Assembly: GCA_029551925.1 (NCBI GenBank)
Contig: JAKPEO010000056.1
Span: 703 to 64,702 of the forward strand
Length of the DNA: 64,000 bases
Origin: a bacterium
GTDB taxonomy: Bacteria; JAGOBX01
Reading direction: 5' to 3'
In this document: positions 1 through 9,581 of the stretch, piece by piece
Numbering within the stretch: position 1 is the first letter of the stretch
Layout: every line of letters begins with the position of its first letter
Position numbers and translations under genes: made by a program
Notes under the pieces: generated by a model
Told to the model about the DNA's origin: nothing
Seen by the model: only the letters and a program-made list of their open reading frames with translations
Database searches by the model: none

Positions 1-1
1 A

Positions 2-274
2 TCTGCTGATTTGATATTGATAATGTCTGTTTATCCAGGGTTTGGTGGGCAGAAATTTATTTATTCAGCATTAAAAAAAATTGAATATTTAAAAGAACAA
101 AAAATAAAAAATAATTATCAATATCTTATTCAAGTAGATGGCGGCGTTAATGTTGACACGGCGCCATTATTGATTAAAGCAGGCGCTGAAATTTTAGTGG
201 CAGGCAGTGCAGTATTTGAAGCACACGATAAACGCCAAGCAATTGACTCATTATTAAATACAAAAATTTTTTAA
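2..274 (+). CDS. rpe: ribulose-phosphate 3-epimerase, C-terminal part (5' end outside window)
   Basis: Frame is open to the window edge. Motifs SVYPGFGGQKF, VDGGVN and LVAGSAVF are typical of Rpe. Confidence 0.85.
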   Translation, partial: SADLILIMSVYPGFGGQKFIYSALKKIEYLKEQKIKNNYQYLIQVDGGVNVDTAPLLIKAGAEILVAGSAVFEAHDKRQAIDSLLNTKIF

Positions 275-314
275 ACTGAATATTTAATTTACTTACAATA
301 AGAGAGAAAAATCT

Positions 315-1676
315 ATGAACGAGTTGAATACTTCTATGTTGCCGCCTCATAATTTAGAAGCGGAACAATCATTATTAGGCGCAATTTTATTTAATCCTGA
401 ATGTATGCATATTGTTCGAGATTTATTGAAATCCGAAGTTTATTTTTATAATACTGCCAATAAGAAAATATATTCTGCATTTTTGAAATTATATGAACAA
501 AATGTGCCGATAGATGCGGTTACATTAATAAATCAATTGAATAAAGATAAAATATTAGAACAGGTCGGAGGACCTGTATATATCGCTGAATTAATAGAAA
601 AGGTATCAAATTACAGCAATGCAGAATACTATGCCAAAATCATAAAAGAAAAATATATTTTGCGGACATTAATAAATAAAGCAAATGAAATATTAAAAGA
701 AAGTTACGATGATAGTAAATCAGCTAATGATATTTTATTGACTGCTGAACGCAGTATTTTTGAATTAAGCGACGAGACAATAGAAGGCGGTTTCAAACAT
801 ATAGGCGAGATAGTGGGCAATATTTTGAAAAATGTTGAAGCGCTGCATAAATCAAAAGAAGCAGTGCCCGGCGTGCCGTCAGGCTATACCAAACTTGATG
901 CTATTACTTCTGGTTTTCAAAAATCTGATTTAATAATTTTAGCGGCGCGTCCGTCAATGGGAAAGACAAGTCTGGCTTTAAATATAGCGTTTAATGCTGC
1001 GTATAAACATAAGGTGCCGACTGCTATTTTTAGTTTGGAAATGTCCGCTGAACAAATAGTATCGCGATTAATATCTACTACTGCGAAAGTGCCGCAAGAT
1101 AAATTGCGCACTGGTTTTTTAGATGAAGCGGATTGGGCGCGGATTATTACAGCTTCTGAATTATTGTCTGAAACGCCGATTTATATTGATAATACTTATG
1201 GTATTGATCCAGTCTCTGTTTTAAGCAAATTACGAAGATTGAAAAAAGAAGCAAATATCGGTTTTGTGGTAATTGACTATTTGCAGTTGATGAAATTGAA
1301 AATAGGTAGAATAGAGAACAGACAGCAGGAAGTATCAGAAATATCGCGCGCGCTTAAGGGGATAGCGCGGGAATTGAATATTCCTGTTATGGTGCTTTCG
1401 CAATTGAGCAGACAATTGGAAAATCGACCAGATAAGCGCCCGCAATTATCAGATTTGCGCGAATCTGGCGCAATTGAACAAGATGCGGATTTAGTTATGT
1501 TCGTTTATCGCGATGAAAAATATAATCCGGATTCTGAATTTAAAGGCGTAGCTGAAATAAATATCAGCAAACATCGAAATGGCCCGCTTGGAAAATTTTA
1601 TCTTACATTTATTGATAAATTTATGAGTTTTGAAAATTATGCAGATGAACGATTTGATGAATTTGAGGATAATTAA
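315..1676 (+). CDS. dnaB: replicative DNA helicase DnaB
   Basis: 453 aa. N-terminal PPHNLEAEQSLLGAIL, Walker A ARPSMGKTSLALN, IDYLQLM and SKHRNGP. Length shows no intein. Confidence 0.95.
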   Translation: MNELNTSMLPPHNLEAEQSLLGAILFNPECMHIVRDLLKSEVYFYNTANKKIYSAFLKLYEQNVPIDAVTLINQLNKDKILEQVGGPVYIAELIEKVSNYSNAEYYAKIIKEKYILRTLINKANEILKESYDDSKSANDILLTAERSIFELSDETIEGGFKHIGEIVGNILKNVEALHKSKEAVPGVPSGYTKLDAITSGFQKSDLIILAARPSMGKTSLALNIAFNAAYKHKVPTAIFSLEMSAEQIVSRLISTTAKVPQDKLRTGFLDEADWARIITASELLSETPIYIDNTYGIDPVSVLSKLRRLKKEANIGFVVIDYLQLMKLKIGRIENRQQEVSEISRALKGIARELNIPVMVLSQLSRQLENRPDKRPQLSDLRESGAIEQDADLVMFVYRDEKYNPDSEFKGVAEINISKHRNGPLGKFYLTFIDKFMSFENYADERFDEFEDN

Positions 1677-2424
1677 TACTTTTCTTTTGTTTTTAGGGAA
1701 TATCGGCGAATTTGCGGTTTTATTTTTTAAAACATTGCGTTTGATTTTTGTTCGGCCATACAGATTTAATTTACTTGTCGAACAAATGATGATACTCGGT
1801 GTAAAATCAATACCAATAGTTTTGATTACCGGTTTTTTTTCTGGAATGGTAATGGCTTATCAGGTTACTATACAATTGAGGCAATTTGGCGCTGAAATAT
1901 ATGTCGGCGGAATTACCGCGCTCGCATTAGCGCGAGAATTAGCGCCTGTATTTACAGCGCTTATGGTCGCAGGAAGAGTGAGCGCCGGAATTACAGCGGA
2001 AATCGGCAGTATGCGAGTGACCGAACAAATAGACGCGCTTGAGACCTTGGCTGTTAATCCAATACATTATTTAATAGTGCCGCGGTTGATTGCTACTGTT
2101 ATTATGCTGCCTCTGCTTACTATATTTGCTGATGCTATTGGTTATTTAGGTGCTTATCTTGTCAGCGTTGTAAAATTAGATATTGACAGCGCGCTTTTTA
2201 TTGACAGAACGATTTATATAGTAAAAATTTCAGATGTGCTGTCTGGAATAGCAAAATCATATTTTTTTGCCGTGATTATTGCAATGATTGGCTGCTATTG
2301 CGGTTTTACTACAAAAGGCGGCGCTACTGGTGTAGGAAAAAGCGCGCTAATATCAGTAGTAACAAGTTGCATATTAATTTTTATTATGGATTATTTTCTT
2401 ACCGCGTTGTTTTATAGTTTTTAA
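1630..2424 (+). CDS. mlaE: MlaE/Ttg2B-type ABC transporter permease (lipid asymmetry maintenance)
   Basis: Polytopic membrane protein with the MRVTEQIDALETLAVNP signature. The longest ORF overlaps the dnaB 3' end by 47 nt, so the real start is probably an internal Met (e.g. 1657). Confidence 0.75.
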   Translation: MKIMQMNDLMNLRIINTFLLFLGNIGEFAVLFFKTLRLIFVRPYRFNLLVEQMMILGVKSIPIVLITGFFSGMVMAYQVTIQLRQFGAEIYVGGITALALARELAPVFTALMVAGRVSAGITAEIGSMRVTEQIDALETLAVNPIHYLIVPRLIATVIMLPLLTIFADAIGYLGAYLVSVVKLDIDSALFIDRTIYIVKISDVLSGIAKSYFFAVIIAMIGCYCGFTTKGGATGVGKSALISVVTSCILIFIMDYFLTALFYSF

Positions 2425-2435
2425 AAAAAAAATAA

Positions 2436-3914
2436 TTAATCTGCGCTTTTTAATTTAATTATAACTTCCGCGCCTTGATGGTCAGCGGCATTATTAATTT
2501 CTATTTTAGCATTATAAAGATCTAATATAGATTTTACTATATACAAACCCAGACCATTGCCTTCGCCGTCAGGTTTTGTGGTAAAAAATGGCTTGAATAA
2601 ATTTGGTTTGTCTGATTCTTTTATTCCTATACCAAAATCAATAAATTCGATGATTATATAATTATTTTCTTTTTGGATTTTGATTATTATTTTATCGCCG
2701 CAGTTGGTAGAGGCATCTATTGCATTTAATAAAATATTTACGAAACAATGGAGAATACTCCACTTTGAGACATTCGCTAAAAAACTATCATTAGGATTAT
2801 ATTCACAGTCAATACGAATATTTGAGTTTTTCAATTTATAATCAACAAGTTTTATTGATTCTTGTATTAATTCTATTATATCGATTTTTTTTATGTCTTC
2901 AATAATGGGTTTTTTTCTTGATAATATTAACATTTTTTCAATAAGATTTTTTATTCTATTGGTTATATCCAGCATTGTATTTATATCTTCTTTAAATTCT
3001 TTAGGCATTTTTTTATTTGTATTCATCATTTGTATTAAGCCGGACAATAGCGTTAACGGGTTATTGATTTCATGCGCTAAACTTGCTGCTAATCTTCCTA
3101 TTGACGATAATTTATCGCTATGCACCAGCATTTCTTCGACTTTTTTGTATTCGGTAATATCAACAAATGTTTGGACAATTCCTAATATTTTATTTTCTTC
3201 TATTACCTGATATTCTTCTGTGTAAAAGAAAAGTTTTTCGCTTTTGATATTTGTTAGTAGATGCGTATAATTAATTTTTTCTTCTATGTTTTTATTTAAT
3301 AATTTCGGTTGAGGCAAACAAGTTATTTTTATTAAATCTGAAATATTGAGATTGTCAATATTTGTCGATTTTTCAAGAATGAAGTTTTCTTTTATGTATT
3401 TATTGCAGAACAATAATTTTCCACTTATTGAATAAAACACAACACCAAAACTTGCATTTTCTAAAATTAATTCTATATTTCGTTTGAGTTCATTTAATTT
3501 TTGAATTTCAATTTCTGTTTCGTGCGTTTTTTGATATTGATTAAGCGCTTTTTTTATACGCGCTATTAATATGTCAAAAGTAAAAGGTTTTGTTATATAA
3601 TCGTCAGCGCCGTAATTGAATGCTTCTTGCAAACTGTCATCTTCCGGCCGAGCAGTAAGCATTAAAACAGGAATATGATTGTAATCAGGATTTTGACGGA
3701 TGATTTTTAATGTTTCTATCCCGTCCAATTCTTCCATCATAATGTCCAATAAAATCAGATTGATTTTATTAGCATTTTCTTTTAGTTTTTTTAACGCGTC
3801 TTTTGCAAAGGTGGATTCTATTACAGAAAAGCCCTCGATATTTAAACCGATTTTTACTAAATCTAATATTTCCTGTTCGTTATCTACTATTAATATTGTT
3901 GACTGATTGGACAT
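2436..3914 (-). CDS. receiver-PAS sensor histidine kinase (N-terminal REC, PAS, HisKA, HATPase_c)
   Basis: N-terminal receiver (ILIVDNE ... LILLDIMM ... TAR ... KPF), H-box SLAHEINNPLT and G-box GNGLGLYIVKSIL. Confidence 0.85.
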   Translation of the reverse strand: MSNQSTILIVDNEQEILDLVKIGLNIEGFSVIESTFAKDALKKLKENANKINLILLDIMMEELDGIETLKIIRQNPDYNHIPVLMLTARPEDDSLQEAFNYGADDYITKPFTFDILIARIKKALNQYQKTHETEIEIQKLNELKRNIELILENASFGVVFYSISGKLLFCNKYIKENFILEKSTNIDNLNISDLIKITCLPQPKLLNKNIEEKINYTHLLTNIKSEKLFFYTEEYQVIEENKILGIVQTFVDITEYKKVEEMLVHSDKLSSIGRLAASLAHEINNPLTLLSGLIQMMNTNKKMPKEFKEDINTMLDITNRIKNLIEKMLILSRKKPIIEDIKKIDIIELIQESIKLVDYKLKNSNIRIDCEYNPNDSFLANVSKWSILHCFVNILLNAIDASTNCGDKIIIKIQKENNYIIIEFIDFGIGIKESDKPNLFKPFFTTKPDGEGNGLGLYIVKSILDLYNAKIEINNAADHQGAEVIIKLKSAD

Positions 3915-3919
3915 TGTTT

Positions 3920-4519
3920 TTATATATCTCTTGTTATTTCTTCTAATTTAGTATTTAAGCCCTTACATATTTTGTATAAAGTTAAAAGCGACGGCATAAC
4001 CTTTCCGTTTTCTATTTGCGAACATAAACTTATTGATAAATCTATTTTATCAGATAAATCTTTTAGTGTCATTTTTTGAGATTTTCTTAATTTTTTTAAT
4101 CTGCCGCCTACTGTTTCTGCAATGTAGTCGTCTATATCTGTTAGTAAATTATTTTTACGCGCAATTTTATTTATTAAATCAATAATTCCTTGATTATCAA
4201 ATGGTTTTTTTATATAATCTTCCGCACCTAATTTTAAAGTATTCACAGCGCTTTCTACTGATGGATAACCAGTAATTATTACGATAGCCGCTTTTGGATT
4301 ATAGCGTTTTAATTCTGTTATTCCTTCCTCTCCGCTTTTTCCTGGCATTATTAAATCTAAAAATATAATATGAAATTTTTCAGATTTGACTTTAATAATA
4401 GCATCATCTATATTCATTGCAGAAGTTACTTCCCACCCCTGTTCTATTAATAATTTTTTAAAATATAATTGTACTGCCTGTTCGTCATCAACAACTAATA
4501 TTTTTAAATTTATTGCCAT
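3920..4519 (-). CDS. response regulator with XRE-family (Cro/C1) helix-turn-helix output domain
   Basis: REC domain (ILVVDDEQ, IIFLDLIMPG, ITGY, KKPF) followed by RLKKLRKSQKMTLKDLSDKIDLSISLCSQIENGK, a typical HTH_XRE. Only 5 nt separate it from the kinase gene. Confidence 0.8.
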   Translation of the reverse strand: MAINLKILVVDDEQAVQLYFKKLLIEQGWEVTSAMNIDDAIIKVKSEKFHIIFLDLIMPGKSGEEGITELKRYNPKAAIVIITGYPSVESAVNTLKLGAEDYIKKPFDNQGIIDLINKIARKNNLLTDIDDYIAETVGGRLKKLRKSQKMTLKDLSDKIDLSISLCSQIENGKVMPSLLTLYKICKGLNTKLEEITRDI

Positions 4520-4636
4520 TTTTTCCTCCTTTGCCTCTTTAACTCTATATTTAAAATGATAAAATTATATTTATATTATTAAAATTGTCAAGTTTTTTAT
4601 TTGAAATTAATATTTTTTTTAAAAAAAATTTTTTGC

Positions 4637-4665
4637 TTGCTTTAATAATGAAAATATGTTATAAT
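4637..4665 (+). promoter_or_regulatory. sigma70-type promoter candidate (TTGCTT-17-TATAAT with TG extended -10)
   Basis: TTGCTT at 4637-4642, TG at 4657-4658, TATAAT at 4660-4665. Lies about 55 nt upstream of the 4719 ATG in a divergent intergenic region. Confidence 0.35.
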
Positions 4666-4718
4666 AAAAACTTTGAACAGTTATAAAATAGTTTTTTTAT
4701 TTCAGGGGTTTAATAGTT

Positions 4719-5681
4719 ATGAAATTTAAAAAAATAATAATTTTTTTTATTGTGATTGTTAGTTTGTTTTTTAGCGCTTTTGTTTTAATTGCGGAAGATT
4801 TAAAAATTACTAATGAAGAAGAACGCAGCGAATATTTTAGAAATGAAATAATATCGAACTTATCGCGCCAGCAGATTTTGACTTATCTATTACGTAAAGA
4901 AACAGCAGAAAAATTAGAGCCGGTTGAATTATCGCTTCGTTATGTTTTTAATTTATTACCGCCGTATGACAGAAAAATAGATATAACGCTTGCGGATAAT
5001 TGGACGCGGTTGACTAATGCTGAAAAAGACGAATATCGTTATAATTGGTTTATTAAAAATAAAAATATTGTTTCTACTAAAGAAATTCAAAAATATATTA
5101 TAATTGATGATATTGTAGTAAAAGCGCGCGAAGCATTTGAACAATACAAAAAGAGAAGCCAGCGCGAAATATTAGAGTTTGATGATTTATATTCTGAACC
5201 TGAATTTTTTGCATATGTAGATAAAAGCGCTAAACAAATAGAAATACCACTACCAAAAATTGAAAAGAAGATAGAAAACGAACCGAAAAAACAGTTAAAA
5301 TCCAAAGCAAGCGCTTCTAATAAAAAAACAGCGGCTGTAAAATCTGAAAAAAGTGCGGAAACTCAAATATCGAAAAAAACATCTCGGCAGTCCAAAGCGC
5401 ATTCCAAATCTTCAGTTAAAACAAAATCTAAATCAGGCATAGAAGATTTAGCGGCAAAAGCAAGAGTTAGACAATTAGAACAAGAAATGAAAACTGAAAT
5501 AAGGGCGCTTGATAAATCTGCTGAAACTAAAAAAATGTTTGAGCCGTCCACTCCTCGCGAAAAAGATATTGACGCGCAGAAAATAGACGAACGAATGAAG
5601 AATCTTCAAAAAAATATTGACGCGTTGAAACAGCAGATACAGCGCAATATTCAAGAAGTAGATAGACTGAAAAATTATTAA
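4719..5681 (+). CDS. hypothetical secreted or membrane-anchored protein with Lys/Ser-rich low-complexity and coiled-coil C-terminus
   Basis: N-terminal hydrophobic signal or anchor (IIIFFIVIVSLFFSAFVLIA). A K/S-rich tract (KSKASASNKKTAAVKSEKS...) is followed by heptad-like charged sequence. No family recognised. Confidence 0.45.
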   Translation: MKFKKIIIFFIVIVSLFFSAFVLIAEDLKITNEEERSEYFRNEIISNLSRQQILTYLLRKETAEKLEPVELSLRYVFNLLPPYDRKIDITLADNWTRLTNAEKDEYRYNWFIKNKNIVSTKEIQKYIIIDDIVVKAREAFEQYKKRSQREILEFDDLYSEPEFFAYVDKSAKQIEIPLPKIEKKIENEPKKQLKSKASASNKKTAAVKSEKSAETQISKKTSRQSKAHSKSSVKTKSKSGIEDLAAKARVRQLEQEMKTEIRALDKSAETKKMFEPSTPREKDIDAQKIDERMKNLQKNIDALKQQIQRNIQEVDRLKNY

Positions 5682-5708
5682 GGAAAATATTTTTATTAGG
5701 AAAAAAAA

Positions 5709-6884
5709 ATGAATCTTAAAAAAAATGAAAAAGTTTTTAATTTTGATGATGTTGATCATAAGGTTTATATTTTGAACAAAGGGAAAATAAGATTATTTAT
5801 TCGTGCGGGCAATAAAGAATGTCCACTATATATTTTAGATGAACCTAATACAATATTTGGTATAGTGGAGAATGTTTTAGATGTAAAAAGATTGATAGCC
5901 GCACAGACAATAGATGATGATAATATTATTACTCCAATAGAAATTTGGGGGAGGAAATTATTTGATACTGTTACAGTTAATCCTAAATTAGGTTTGCAAT
6001 TGGCGATATTCCAAGCAGTTGCCTTACAAAAAACAAATGCGCAATTAACGAATTTATCTAAAACTTTGAATGAAATAAAAAATAAGACTAATGAATTATG
6101 TATAAATTATTATGAAGCGTGCGAAGCAATTAACGAATTGAATAATAAATATAAATATCCTTGGTTGAAAGCAATTTACGAACAAGCACGTCAAAGTTTG
6201 ATATATCAATACGGCAATTCAGCAAAAGCAGGTAAAGATGTCCTTGACGAAATGGCGGCAGAAGCGCAGCAGAAGATAGCTGCTTCTGTTGAAAAAGAAA
6301 ATTTAGAGAATACCACTTCAAAAGTATATAAAGCTGGCGAAGTTTTATGTAATGAAGGCGAATTAGGTAAGGAAATGTACATATTATTAGACGGCGAATT
6401 AAGTGTATATGTTAATAACAATAAAGTTGCAGAGATAACGAAAAAAGGCGAAGTAATAGGAGAAATAGCAGTGTTGTTGGGCATAAAAACAAAGACCTTT
6501 GAAAAACGCACAGCGACTGTAAAAGTCAAGAAAGACGCTAAAATAGTAAGCATTCCAGCTGCGAAGATTATAGAAGTTATCAGTAAAGATCCGAAGATTA
6601 TTGTTCATACATTAAAGACCTTATCAGAGCGCATACCTGAATCCTATAATAAATTAACAGAAATTTATGATAAGATGGATAAGGCGATAAATTTGATGAA
6701 TCCGCGCGCCGCAACATCAGCTACTTGTCCGAAAGCATATCAGCAACTAATAGTTTTAATTGAGCAGAAATCTAATGATAGAGAAAAGGTAGATAGCATC
6801 TTGAAAAATCTACAAAAATGGATTGATTTATCGAAAGAAAGTTATAGTAAATTTTCTGCTGTTTATGAAGGACTGGCAAATTAA
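5709..6884 (+). CDS. cyclic nucleotide-binding domain protein (one canonical plus one degenerate cNMP domain, no recognisable output domain)
   Basis: Second domain has GEVLCNEGELGKEMYILLDGELSVY ... GEVIGEIAVLLG ... RTATVKV. The N-terminal region has a weaker copy (VYILNKGKIRLF ... IFGIVE). Confidence 0.7.
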   Translation: MNLKKNEKVFNFDDVDHKVYILNKGKIRLFIRAGNKECPLYILDEPNTIFGIVENVLDVKRLIAAQTIDDDNIITPIEIWGRKLFDTVTVNPKLGLQLAIFQAVALQKTNAQLTNLSKTLNEIKNKTNELCINYYEACEAINELNNKYKYPWLKAIYEQARQSLIYQYGNSAKAGKDVLDEMAAEAQQKIAASVEKENLENTTSKVYKAGEVLCNEGELGKEMYILLDGELSVYVNNNKVAEITKKGEVIGEIAVLLGIKTKTFEKRTATVKVKKDAKIVSIPAAKIIEVISKDPKIIVHTLKTLSERIPESYNKLTEIYDKMDKAINLMNPRAATSATCPKAYQQLIVLIEQKSNDREKVDSILKNLQKWIDLSKESYSKFSAVYEGLAN

Positions 6885-6920
6885 TTTTATACTCTAAAAT
6901 AAAAGGTAAAAATTATATCA

Positions 6921-9482
6921 ATGAAAAAAATAAATATTTTATTATTGTTTTTTTGTATTTTATTTGTTAATAATATCGAGGCGTTTCCGCCGCCTTCGAC
7001 GGATTTTATTGATAATCCAGAAAAGATAATACAATATCAAAATGGTTTGCGAAAATATTCGCGATTTGTAAAATTAGCCGACAATAGATTAGCGCCGAAA
7101 TATACATCATTTAATTATCCGTCAGCGCTCGGCAATACAAAGATTTGCGTTATTTTGTTGCAATTCAGTAATGTTTCAGCGTCGCCTGCGAGCACTAAAC
7201 AAAAAATTTATGATTTGATATTTAATGAAGAAACCAATAGTTTAGCAAAATATTATAAAGATGTATCTTACGGTAAATTTAGGATAGTCGGAACTATAAA
7301 TGATATTCACGGCTGGTATACAAGCAGCCGGACAATGGAATATTATGGCGCAGATTCGGCCGGCGGAGTAGATGATCTAAATACATCAATAAATAATATG
7401 ATAAAAGAAGCGATAGATTTGGCAAAAGCGAATGGCGTAGATTTCAGTCAATACGATGTAGATGGTAATGGCGTGATTGACCATTTGTTAGTTGTGCATT
7501 CTGGCGTTGATCAAGCGAATACTTCTAATAATGACGCTATTTGGTCGCACGGTTGGTTTGTTAACGGCGATTCGCCGAGCCCGTATTATCCGAGCGGCAG
7601 CGCCAAAGGTTTTTCAAATTATATAACCATTTCAGAATTTTCGCCGATTGGATTAGTTGCTCATGAGTTCGGGCACGATATAGGATTAATTGATACTTAT
7701 AAAACTTCATCTTTCGGCGGGCAGAGCGTTATCGGTAAATGGGATTTAATGGATTATGGCATTTGGAATAATAATGGTAATACTCCGGCCGCGCCGTGCG
7801 TGTATCATAAAATACAACTCGGTTGGATAATACCAACTGTTATAACAACATCAGTAAATTATTATTCTTTACAAAATATATATGATGCTGATGTTGCAGT
7901 GAAAATACCGCATCCTCGCGCTGCTAATCCGTCATTAGAATATTATCTTTTGTCTAATAGACAAAAAAAAGGATGGGATGCTTATATTCCCGGAGAAGGA
8001 TTATTAGTCTGGCATATTAACGATGCGCAGGGCTCATTAACAGAAAATGATGTTCAAAATTATAATCCGCCGCGTATTAGATTAGTGTCTCAAAGTAATA
8101 ACACAAGTTTTGAGAGTAATAAAGGATTAAGTACTGACCCGTGGAAAAATAATTTGATTGGCTTGACTGCCACTTCAATTCCAAATAATGCCGCATATAA
8201 TGGGCAAACTCATAGTAAACCTATAATTTCAAATATAAGCAATTCCGGTAATTTTATGAGTTTTCATATTTTGTCAGATGGCAGCGCAATAACAGAAAAT
8301 ATTTATTTTGATACGACAGCGTATTATTATAATAATTCTTTGAATTTATCGTGGGCAGTCAGCGATCCAAATGTCAGCACTGAAATCAGACAATACAAGA
8401 TATACATTTATTATGGTTTGACTGCTGATAGTTTGATTTTATATACTACTTCGACTATTGCCGCTAAAAATGTAAATATCAATAGTTCGCCAATGGTTTT
8501 AGTTAAAATAGAAGGATATAATGAAAACAATTATACTATTGCATATTCTAATTATAAAATGTTTTTTGATACTTCGCAGATAACAAAAACTGATTTTTCA
8601 GCTAATAATATTACAGTGATTGCCAATTCTGTGATAAAAACTGATACGGAAGATTTTACAGGCGCGATGCTAGAATATTTATGTCTTGATAGAGCAGCTG
8701 ACACTTTTATAATATTTGATGTCAGCGAGGCAAATACTAATTTGAATGTAAAATTAAAAATGGATAATAAAGAAAAGTATATTCTTGCGGCATTAAAGAA
8801 AAAATCGAAATTATCGATTTCAGCGTTGACAAATAATTCATTATTAAATAATGACCAGAATATTTTAGACGGGACAATTTTTGATGTTTCTATTAGTAAT
8901 GAGACAGGGGTTATTTATTTTAATTTCAGCGAGTATTTTGATAGTATTGCCTTGATTTATAAATTTCCCAATAATGTAAATGTCAGAGAATACACATTAG
9001 TTTATTTTGATAATGCGAATAATGTATGGAAACCAATAGAAAATGAAATTGTGTATGGCGCTAATTATATAAAGACGCATACGAATCATTTGACATATTT
9101 TGCTGTGCGGCGTGCAACTGATTATACAGCAAGCGCGCAATTAGTAATTTATCCGAATCCTTGGGATATAAGAAGATACCGCAGTTTAGATGGTATTTAT
9201 GAAAATACAATAAAGTTTTGTTATCAGTCATCTGGCAATTATTATGATTTTGAACGAGGCACGATTTTAAAAATCTATGATGTTAGCGGAAAATTAATAA
9301 AACAAATAATAAAAACAACAAATTTGGGCAATCCTGATACTTTAACTGGTTCGTCTGTATCGCTGTTAAGTTGGGATTTGACTAATCAAGCAAATGTTCC
9401 GGTAGCGAGCGGCGTATATCTTGTATTAATACAGACGCCTAACGGCAAGAAATTTACTGGAAAATGTGCTGTAATTAAATAG
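6921..9482 (+). CDS. secreted M6-family (immune inhibitor A-like) zinc metalloprotease with T9SS-type/FlgD-Ig-like C-terminal sorting domain
   Basis: Signal peptide and HEFGHDIGL zinc motif in an M6-like context (KICVILLQFSN, VDHLLVVHSG). C-terminal ~90 aa: VIYPNPW ... ILKIYDVSGKLIK ... SGVYLVLIQTPNGKKFTGKCAVIK. Confidence 0.75.
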   Translation: MKKINILLLFFCILFVNNIEAFPPPSTDFIDNPEKIIQYQNGLRKYSRFVKLADNRLAPKYTSFNYPSALGNTKICVILLQFSNVSASPASTKQKIYDLIFNEETNSLAKYYKDVSYGKFRIVGTINDIHGWYTSSRTMEYYGADSAGGVDDLNTSINNMIKEAIDLAKANGVDFSQYDVDGNGVIDHLLVVHSGVDQANTSNNDAIWSHGWFVNGDSPSPYYPSGSAKGFSNYITISEFSPIGLVAHEFGHDIGLIDTYKTSSFGGQSVIGKWDLMDYGIWNNNGNTPAAPCVYHKIQLGWIIPTVITTSVNYYSLQNIYDADVAVKIPHPRAANPSLEYYLLSNRQKKGWDAYIPGEGLLVWHINDAQGSLTENDVQNYNPPRIRLVSQSNNTSFESNKGLSTDPWKNNLIGLTATSIPNNAAYNGQTHSKPIISNISNSGNFMSFHILSDGSAITENIYFDTTAYYYNNSLNLSWAVSDPNVSTEIRQYKIYIYYGLTADSLILYTTSTIAAKNVNINSSPMVLVKIEGYNENNYTIAYSNYKMFFDTSQITKTDFSANNITVIANSVIKTDTEDFTGAMLEYLCLDRAADTFIIFDVSEANTNLNVKLKMDNKEKYILAALKKKSKLSISALTNNSLLNNDQNILDGTIFDVSISNETGVIYFNFSEYFDSIALIYKFPNNVNVREYTLVYFDNANNVWKPIENEIVYGANYIKTHTNHLTYFAVRRATDYTASAQLVIYPNPWDIRRYRSLDGIYENTIKFCYQSSGNYYDFERGTILKIYDVSGKLIKQIIKTTNLGNPDTLTGSSVSLLSWDLTNQANVPVASGVYLVLIQTPNGKKFTGKCAVIK

Positions 9483-9567
9483 TGTTAAATAAATAGTGTT
9501 AAATAGTGACGGCTGTCTTAAAATCCTTCAAAATTATCTTGAAAAGAGGTGAAGAGGTGACGCCTGT
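9477..9567. repeat. short tandem and direct repeats in the intergenic region
   Basis: AAATAGTG(TT/AC) occurs three times (9477-9510). GAGGTGA occurs twice (9546-9560). GTGACGGCTGTC (9506-9517) and GTGACGCCTGTC (9556-9567) are 50 nt apart. Confidence 0.5.
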
Positions 9568-9581
9568 CCCCAATAAAATAT

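Noticed and set aside
1630-1676. Genuine 47-nt dnaB/mlaE overlap and similar long-ORF overlaps (22020-22048, 26594-26604, 11643, 17683, 25002)
   Set aside because: In each case an in-frame ATG lies just downstream of the upstream stop. These ATGs often have a better ribosome-binding context or a proper signal peptide, so the overlaps are most likely longest-ORF artefacts.
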